A DNA stretch of 34,448 nucleotides, taken from positions 1 to 34,448 of the forward strand of contig JAABTZ010000001.1 in NCBI GenBank assembly GCA_011389605.1. Reading direction: 5' to 3'. Of the stretch, positions 27,125 through 34,448 are shown in pieces (position 1 is the first letter of the stretch; every line of letters starts with the position of its first letter). The DNA comes from Desulfobacteraceae bacterium. GTDB lineage: Bacteria > Desulfobacterota > Desulfobacteria > Desulfobacterales > Desulfosalsimonadaceae. The translations under genes and the position numbers were made by a program. The notes under the pieces were generated by a model, which was not told the DNA's origin, searched no databases, and worked only from the letters and a program-made list of their open reading frames with translations.

Positions 27125-28057
27125 TCAGTCTGTTTCCGGCCTGGGAAGCAGCCCTGCTCGTTCCACAATTTCAGCCACTTTTTCTTCCCATTCTATGGCC
27201 ATGATGTGAAATCCGCTGACTCCCTTGAGCTCCTTTAATCTCTGGATGGTCTCCACGCAGATATTAACGCCTTCTTCTGCCTGCTTGTCCTTTGGGGTGT
27301 CGCTCATGCGCTTGACAACGTCATCGGGCACATCCATGCCCGGCACCCGGTTTTTCATATACTTGGCCATACCAGCTGATTTAAAGGGTGTGACCCCTGC
27401 CATAATGTAGCATTTTTCCGTAAGGCCCCGCTCTTCTGCCTGCCTGATCCATTCCTCGAATTTTTCCAGGTTGTAAATGCACTGGGTCTGAATAAACTCG
27501 GCGCCGGCTTCAATTTTTTTGGCCAGCCGGGGAACCCGGATCTCAAAGGGGTCGGCAAAGGGGTTGGCCGCAGCACCCACAAACATTTTCGGCGGGCGCT
27601 TGATTTCGTCTCCGCCCAGGAATTTGCCCTCGTCACGCATTTTGCGAACGGTCCACAACAATTGCATGGAATCGAGATCATGCACATTCTGCCCCTGGGG
27701 ATTGTCACCGAAACTCTGGTGGTCTCCGGACAGGCACAGCAAATTGACAATGTCAAAAGAAGCAGCACCCAGAATATCGCTTTGCAAAGCAATGCGGTTC
27801 CGGTCCCGGGTGACCATCTGTAAAATGGGCTCAAGGCCCATGAGCTTTAAGTGAATACATGTGGCCAGGCTGCTTGTGCGCACAACCGAGGTCTGGTTGT
27901 CGGTGACATTGATGGCATCCACGTATCCTTTGAGCAGTTCGGCTTTTTGCCTGATCACTTCAGGATCACTGCCCCGGGGCGGGCCGCATTCAGAAGTGAC
28001 GCCCAGATGACCCGCAGCCATGACTTTTTCCAGTTTACTCGGAGTTTTTGCGCTCAT
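27125..28057 (-). CDS. metF: Methylenetetrahydrofolate reductase
   Basis: SECGPPRG, DAINVTDN, RDRNRIALQSD, CLSGD, KKIEAGAEFIQTQ and GFHIMA. Confidence 0.95.
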   Translation of the reverse strand: MSAKTPSKLEKVMAAGHLGVTSECGPPRGSDPEVIRQKAELLKGYVDAINVTDNQTSVVRTSSLATCIHLKLMGLEPILQMVTRDRNRIALQSDILGAASFDIVNLLCLSGDHQSFGDNPQGQNVHDLDSMQLLWTVRKMRDEGKFLGGDEIKRPPKMFVGAAANPFADPFEIRVPRLAKKIEAGAEFIQTQCIYNLEKFEEWIRQAEERGLTEKCYIMAGVTPFKSAGMAKYMKNRVPGMDVPDDVVKRMSDTPKDKQAEEGVNICVETIQRLKELKGVSGFHIMAIEWEEKVAEIVERAGLLPRPETD

Positions 28058-28725
28058 ATCTGTACGTCCTCCCTTGCCACTTTTCTGGGTCCGCCGGCCC
28101 GGTCAGTGGACCAGTCCTTGATATTGAAGAATTTTTCATAAAGATCCATCCGGTCAATGGCCTTGAGCCTGTCAATGATCAACTGCCAGGCACAGTCGAG
28201 ATCCTTGTTGATTTCACATTTTCCCTTTGATGATCCGCCGCAGGGGCCGTTTAAAAGCCTTTTTGCGCAGCGGGCCACCGGGCAGATTCCTCCGGTATGT
28301 GCAAGGATGCACTGGCCGCAGGCCTGGCATCTTTCCGTCCACAGACCCCGCTGCTCTGTGACTCCCAGAAAAGAGGTGTTGACTCCGGGATATACAGGAA
28401 CGGAATGGTATTTTTCAGCTGTAAACTGGATGCCAACGCCGCAGGCAATGGAGACAATGGCATCGTACTGGTCTGCGATATCCCGGATTTCTTCGAGATA
28501 TTCATGGTCACACTGCCGTTCCAGGGTTCGTTCGTCAACCACCGCGTCGCTGTGGCCGTGGTTGGCGAAATACATACGCAGGGTGGAGGCCAGAACCCCC
28601 ACTTCTTTTTTTCCGCCTGCTTCGCAAACGGTTACGCATTCATTGCAGCCGAGAATCAGGATTTTTTCGCAATCCTTGACATATTCTATGATTTCCTCGA
28701 CCGGTTTTTTATCTGCAACAATCAT
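28054..28725 (-). CDS. metV: MetV, Cys-rich small subunit of methylene-THF reductase
   Basis: GCNECVTVC, RQCD, ACGVG and ERCQACGQC..GGICP..RCAKRLLNGPCGG..CAW. ATGA overlap with metF. Confidence 0.92.
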   Translation of the reverse strand: MIVADKKPVEEIIEYVKDCEKILILGCNECVTVCEAGGKKEVGVLASTLRMYFANHGHSDAVVDERTLERQCDHEYLEEIRDIADQYDAIVSIACGVGIQFTAEKYHSVPVYPGVNTSFLGVTEQRGLWTERCQACGQCILAHTGGICPVARCAKRLLNGPCGGSSKGKCEINKDLDCAWQLIIDRLKAIDRMDLYEKFFNIKDWSTDRAGGPRKVAREDVQI

Positions 28726-28778
28726 TTACAGACCTCTTTTATATAAGGTTAACGAGTTGGTTTGGATTTCATTTTGGG

Positions 28779-29210
28779 TCAGGCCGCGGATTTTTGAACT
28801 GATTTCATTGGGTTGGGCCCAAGTTTCCGGATCCTCTCATCCATTTCCTCGGCATATTTGCCAAACAAGGGGCCGTCACTTGATGACAGATTATACATCT
28901 GGGCCCGCTCCGGATCGATATCAACGGCCTTTAAAATCCGCTGCACCTGCTCCACCCTTTTTCTGGCCCGATAATTTCCGGTTTTGTATGCGCATTCGCC
29001 CTCCATGCATCCGATAATGCAGACACCATCAGCGCCTTTTTCAAGTGCACGGAGCATGTGCTGTACATCAACTTTGCCGGTACAGGGCACCCGGATGATC
29101 CGGAAGCTTGTGGGATAGGTAAGTCGCATGGAACCTGCCAGGTCCGCAGCGGAATACCCTCATTGATTGCAGCAAAAGGCTATTATTCTTGGATTGAAAT
29201 TTTGGCTCAT
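28779..29210 (-). CDS. mvhD: MvhD/FlpD [2Fe-2S] subunit, selenocysteine-containing (U17), 143 aa
   Basis: ATG 29210 is coupled to the hdrA stop. It reads [19 protein letters not shown](29162-29160)-GYSAADLAGSMRL, matching MvhD FxCxxCxYxxADLAG. Downstream motifs RVPCTGKVD and GCMEGEC. Confidence 0.93.
29130..29145 (-). promoter_or_regulatory. Putative bacterial SECIS hairpin of mvhD
   Basis: GGACCU-GGC-AGGUUC(C); the G-led apical loop lies about 20 nt 3' of the UGA. Confidence 0.65.
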
Positions 29211-32200
29211 GATTCTTCCCCTTCCAGTAAAGCGTCTACCTTGCTCATGATTTGGTCGTCTTCATACCAGCGAAGTTCTATGGCCTTTGCCGGGCATTCA
29301 GCAGCGCAGGCACCGCAGCCCTGGCAGGTGGCATCGTCGATTTCACTGACCCCTTCATCGTTTATCCTGGGCACACCATAGGGACAGGTGCGCACGCAGA
29401 TCAGGCAGGAGGCGCATTTTTCCGGGTCCACCTTTGCCGTGACTGCCGACAGGGTCAGGAAAGGCTGGGACAGCATGGTGGTTGCCCTGGATGCCGCGGC
29501 CATGGCCTGGGCAATGGATTCGGAAACCAGCTGGGGGCTGTGGGCCGTGCCGCACAGATAGACCCCTTCCTTGCCCATTTCCACGGGGCGGAGCTTGACA
29601 TGGGCCTCGGTGAAAAAGTGCTCTGCATTCCGGGTCAGTTTCATGATATTGGCCAGTTCCTCGGTATCAGCGGCCACCACTCCCGCACTTAAGGCCAGCA
29701 GGTCAGCATCCACGCTGATTTTCCTGTTGAGGATATGGTCGTTGAACACCACGTTGACCAGATCTCCGGACGCCTGGGCCACGGGCGCATTTTCAGGATC
29801 AAAACGGAAAAACATCACGCCCAGCCGTCTGGCCTGGGTGTAGTAGTCTTCCAGAAGGCCGTAGGTCCTGATATCCCGGTATAGGATATAAACCTCGGTT
29901 TCCGGGTTTAGCTTTTTGATGTGAATGGCATTTTTAATGGCAGCCTGGCAGCATATCCGTGAGCAGTTGGGATTTTCATCGTTTCTTGATCCCACGCACT
30001 GGATCATTACCACCGTGTTTAATTCATCTGCAGCGCCCCTTTCCTCAAGCCGGCTGCCGAGTTCAAGCTGGGTGACCACTTTCGGGTGCTCGCCGTAAAG
30101 GTACTCGGCTGGCTGATACTCTGTTGCCCCGGTGGCCATTATAGTCACACCGTGTTCTATCCTGCGGCTGACCATGTCTTCTCCCACAAGTATCTCCGTG
30201 GTAAAATTGCCCTTGAATCCGGAAAAATCAACAATCACGGAGTTGGTGATCACATCAATGCGCCTATGATTATTGATCTGGTCCACCAGCCCGGTAATAT
30301 AGGCTGGTATATCCATGCCTTCGATGGTTCGTGTCAGGCGGTTGGCAAGTCCTCCGAGTTCAGCCTGTTTTTCAACCAGAACAACTTCAAATCCCTGGTC
30401 TGCAATGCCCAGGGCGGCATTCATGCCTGCCACTCCGCCTCCCACCACCAAAGCCCGCCTGGATACAGGGATCTGGCGTTCATGCAGGGGTCGAAGGGAT
30501 GCGGCCCTTGCCACTGACATGCGTACCAGTTCCTTGGCTTTTTCAGTGGCCATTTCCGGGTTGTCGCCATGAACCCATGAATCCTGGTTCCTGATATTGG
30601 CCATTTCAAACAGGTATTTGTTTAAGCCAACGGATTCCAGAGTGTCCATGAAAATGGGTTCATGGGTTTTCGGGGTACACGAGGAGACCACAACCCGGTT
30701 GATGTTGTGCTCCTTTATGATTTCCTTCATCTGGTCCTGGGCATCCTGGCTGCAGGTAAAAAGGTTTTCACCGGAATAGACCACATAGGGGAGCCTTTCG
30801 GCATATTCACGCACATGAGGCACATCAATCACCCCGGCAATGTTGATGCCGCAGTCGCAGACAAATACTCCGATTCGCGGAATTTCGCCTTCCACATCTA
30901 TTTCTTCAGGCCGGATGACTTCCCTGATCATTGTGTTTCGGGCCTCTGCCAGGTTGCGGCCTGCAGCGCATGCCGCTGCACTGGCCTCGGTAACCGATCC
31001 GGGAATATCCTTGGGCCCCTGAAAGATGCCGCAGGCAAAAACACCGTCTCTTGATGTGTTAACCGGGGCAAAGGGGCTGGTCTGGGCGAAATTGTAATGA
31101 TTAAGCTCGATATTAAGCCGTTTTGCCGTTTCCATGGTGGATGCAGGCACCTGCAGGCCAACGGACAGTACCACCATGTCAAATTCTTCTTCAATGATGT
31201 TGCCGGCCTCATCCACATAGTGCAAAAGCAGGTTGCCTGTTTCCTGGATTTCATCGATGGTGTGAATCCTGGACTTGACAAATCTTACTCCGGCATTGTC
31301 TTTGGCTCTCATGTAATATTTTTCATAATCCTTGCCAAATGTGCGGATGTCCATGTTGAAAATAGCAGTGTCGAGATTATGCTCCGAATGATCTTTGGCA
31401 ATGGTTGCTTCCTTGATGGCGTACATGCAGCACACAGATGAGCAGTAGCCGTTGCCGCACCGGTTGGTGTCCCTTGAGCCGATGCACTGGAGCCAGGCTA
31501 TTTTTTCCGGCTCCTTGTGATCCGATGGCCGGACAAGATGCCCCATGGTGGGCCCGGAGGCTGAAAGAATCCGTTCAAATTCCGCACTTGTGACCACATT
31601 GGGGCTTGACTTGTATTTATATGTGTCTTCAAGGTCCGATGGGTCAAACACGTCATTTCCGGGGCACAGGATTACGGATCCAACTTCAATGTCACGCTGC
31701 TGGACTGTCTGCTCATGATCAATGGCATCGGCCAGACATGCCTTAACACACTGGTAGCATTCCGAGCAGATGCCGCATTTCAGACACCGGTCGGCCTCGG
31801 CCTGGGCTTCCTGCTCATTGTAGCCAAAGGAGACTTCCAGGAAGTTGCATTCCCGGGCCTCGGGATCCAGGCACCGAACCGGGGTGCGATCCTTGTGGGG
31901 TTCGTTGATGATGTCCGGCTTTTCATAGGTCCATTCTTTTTTCCGGCCTTCGTGAAGATCAAGCCCGTTTATAAAGCGGTGGATGCTTTCTGCCGCCTCC
32001 TTGCCGCAGGCAACAGCGTCAACAACAGATTTGGGGCCGTAAAAAGCATCGCCGCCGGAAAAGACCCATTCCATGGAGGTCTGAAGCGTTACCGGGTCTC
32101 CTTCCAGGCCGCGCGCATTCATGGGAACATTTTGTCCCTCCAGATCCGAGGTGTCGGCTGCCTGTCCGATTGCCACGATAACCGTGTCCCCGAAAAAAGC

Positions 32201-33673
32201 CTCGCAGGCGTTTTCATCAAAGCTTGGGCTAAAGCGCCCTTCCTTGTCAAAAACCGCGGTGCAGGTCTTAAATTCAATGCCGGAAAACTTGTTTTCCTTG
32301 CTGATAAAAAAGTCTTTGGGGCCAAAAGAGTTGACGATTTTGATTTCGCTTTCCAGAGCCTCTTCTATTTCATGCTCCCAGGCCGGCATTTCCTCGCGTT
32401 TTTCCAGGCAGACCATGGTGACATTTTCAGCACCTTTTCGTTTGGCAGTAAGTGCCACGTCAATGGCCACGTTGCCGCCGCCTATAACCAGCACGTCTTT
32501 TCCGATGGGCACATCCTTGCCCAGGGCAGTGTCCCTTAGAAAATCAACGCCCTGGAGCACGCCCTGGGCATCTTCATTTTCAACTCCAAGGCTGCGGCCC
32601 TTGTGAAGTCCAATGGCCATAAACACCGCGCAATAGCCGTCTGCTTTCAGGCTGTCAAAGGTGATGTCCCTGCCGAAGGCAACTCCGGTTTTGATTTCCA
32701 CGCCCTGGTCGCAGATTATGTCGATTTCCCGCTGGAGGATATCTCTGGGAAGCCGGTATTCCGGTATCCCCACGGCCATCATGCCCCCGGCAACAGGCAG
32801 TTTTTCAAAAATGGTGACGCCATAGCCTTTTCGTACCAGAAAAGAGGCCGCGGCAAGGCCTGCCGGACCCGAGCCGATTACTGCAACCCTTTCATCGCGT
32901 TTTTCCTCTGCTGCTGCAGGCAGAATCTTTTCGTCTTCCTGCTTCTCCCAGTCGGCCAGAAACCGGTGCAATTCCCTGATGGCAAGGGGCTGGTCATAAT
33001 CGTTTCTGGTGCATTCGCTTTCGCAGGGATGGTGGCAGACCCGGCCGCATACGCCCGGAAAGGGGTGTGCGTCCCGGAAAAGCTCCACGGCTTCGGCGTA
33101 TTTGCCCTGGTTGATTAAGGCAATGTATCCCTGGATGCTTACGTGGGCCGGGCATGTGGCCTTGCACGGGGCGGTTCCACGCTTGCTTATGGCATAAGCG
33201 CCGGGGATGGCCTGGGCGTATTTTTTATAAGCAGCTTTCCGGGTTGCAATCCCGTGGTCTTGTTCGCTGGGAACCTCAATGGGGCAGACGTTTGAACATT
33301 CCCCGCAGCTGGTGCATTTTGAAATATCAATGTATCTGGGTTCCTGCCGGATATGGGCGCTGAAATGCCCGGGATCACCGCTTAATTCAAGCAGTTCGGT
33401 ATTGGTTAGCAATTCGATGTTTAAGTGCCGGCCGACCTCGACCAGTTTAGGTGAGATCACTCACATGGCACAATCGTTTGTGGGAAATGTCTTGTCCAGC
33501 TGGGACATGAGTCCCCCGATGGCCGATGTTTTTTCCAGCAGGTAGACGTAGTAGCCGGAATTGGCCAGATCAAGAGCGCTTTGCATGCCGGAAATACCGG
33601 CACCCACGACCATTACAGAGCCCACTGGCGCCTGTTTGGATTCAGCGGCAGCGGTTTGTTCTTCTTGTTCCAT
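29207..33673 (-). CDS. hdrA: Large HdrA-like (HdrL) Fe-S flavoprotein with an inserted GltD-like NAD(P)H module, selenocysteine-containing (U71), 1488 aa
   Basis: The 70-aa and 1417-aa ORFs are in one frame separated only by TGA at 33463-33461, giving [17 protein letters not shown] (canonical HdrA DKTFPTxDCxxC). AAGGGAG RBS. Rossmann motifs GAGISG, GSGPAG, GGGNVA and GGGVAG, plus several CxxCxxCxxxCP-type clusters. Confidence 0.93.
33428..33445 (-). promoter_or_regulatory. Putative bacterial SECIS hairpin of hdrA/hdrL
   Basis: CUGGUCG-AGGU-CGGCCGG forms a 7-bp stem; the loop starts 22 nt 3' of the UGA. Confidence 0.7.
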
Positions 33674-33744
33674 TTATGTTCTCCCTTATATTCGGCTTGA
33701 TATTCTTCTTTGAATATGATGGGACAGTGCCCCTTCTGAAAACC

Positions 33745-33855
33745 GACTTTTTACGAATTTGTCAAATCTGATGGCACCGTAAAAAGTCCTAAAACTGATA
33801 TAACCGGCAAACAATAAAAAAATAACTTCTTGATTTTACTTAACACTTAACCACT
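33745..33855. repeat. Back-to-back TIR ends plus an uninterrupted (empty-site) copy of the 24052-24336 repeat
   Basis: GACTTTTTACGAATTTGTC (33745-33763) and GATGGCACCGTAAAAAGTCC (33770-33789). 33808-33850 is the exact reverse complement of 24065-24096 joined to 24289-24299. Confidence 0.82.
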
Positions 33856-33959
33856 TAAAACTGCCTGATATAAGAACCGGTCTGATTAAAATTTTAACAA
33901 AAATCGTTACTTACTATAAATAACATACAGTGTCAATGGGAATAAATGACTGTTCAGGG

Positions 33960-34448
33960 TTATGGATTCGGCGCTGCCGGAGCTAAGCGGTCGGCTGTCC
34001 TGCTTACATCCATGCGATCCGAGAAATGCGGTGTTAAATGCTGCCGGATCTCCTTGTTTGTCCCCATGCTCAAAATAAGGGCTTCGATATTTAATCTTTT
34101 TGCCAATTCCAGGCCCTGGTCCCTGCCCAGCACGGTTATGGCTGTTGCCGCACCATCGAGCATGGCACTGCTGGATGCATTGGTTTCAAAAACGGCTGTT
34201 GTTACTCCAAGAATTTTTTCTGAAACCGGCCGGCCGGTTTTGGGGCTGATTATGTGGTAGAACGCATGGCCCTGAATCATCATGGGCTGGCGATAGTTGC
34301 CGCTGGTCGATGCCATGATATTATGCCTGTTTTCAATAATGCCCCAGGCCTTATCCATGTCTTCGGGGTGCTGAATGCCGATTCGCCATGGCCGGTTTTC
34401 AAGATTTGAACCAAAAGCACTGACCTCGCCGCCAAGCTGGACTAACCC
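33960..34448 (-). CDS. apbE: FAD:protein FMN transferase, 5'-truncated by the window edge
   Basis: Frame is open to the edge: LVQLGGEVSAFG..PWRIGIQHP, ASTSGNY, HIISPKTGRP and DGAATA. Confidence 0.92.
   Translation of the reverse strand, partial: GLVQLGGEVSAFGSNLENRPWRIGIQHPEDMDKAWGIIENRHNIMASTSGNYRQPMMIQGHAFYHIISPKTGRPVSEKILGVTTAVFETNASSSAMLDGAATAITVLGRDQGLELAKRLNIEALILSMGTNKEIRQHLTPHFSDRMDVSRTADRLAPAAPNP

Noticed and set aside
28157-29017. Long plus-strand ORFs (also 3267-3965, 9251-9937, 23098-23688, 31715-32539)
   Set aside because: They are antisense shadows of well-supported minus-strand genes and carry no protein motifs.
29207-33673. hdrA as a pseudogene or as two separate genes (70 aa and 1417 aa)
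   Set aside because: The only interruption is an in-frame TGA at a conserved Cys with a SECIS-like hairpin, and the adjacent mvhD shows the same pattern.
33760-33936. Minus-strand TTGACA hexamers (33765-33760 and 33936-33931) as hdrL promoters
   Set aside because: Neither has a convincing -10 at 16-18 nt spacing.

Overview
This 34.4 kb window is a metabolic region with almost all genes on the minus strand. Gene content suggests an anaerobic Desulfobacterota-like sulfate reducer; that is an inference. From left to right it holds: (1) an frhB-like/iorA/iorB/lutA/(lutB) operon divergent from an IclR regulator, with a TRAP transporter that shares a putative IclR box; (2) an acyl-CoA ligase divergent from a CoA-transferase/GNAT fusion whose catalytic Glu is replaced by Gln; (3) a Liv-type ABC operon with an embedded fatty acyl-CoA ligase, a Usp and a second ligase with degenerate motifs, preceded by a GAF-PAS-LuxR regulator; (4) nested non-autonomous repeats, namely a REP doublet inside a 184 bp MITE with an 8 bp target-site duplication inside a larger TIR element, whose empty site occurs elsewhere in the window; (5) waaA, kdsB and an ICMT-family methyltransferase; (6) an hdrA(hdrL)-mvhD-metV-metF operon in which HdrL and MvhD each carry an in-frame UGA at a conserved Cys followed by a SECIS-like hairpin, so they are selenoproteins that the ORF track splits or truncates; (7) the 3' part of apbE. 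No rRNA, tRNA, CRISPR array or transposase was seen.
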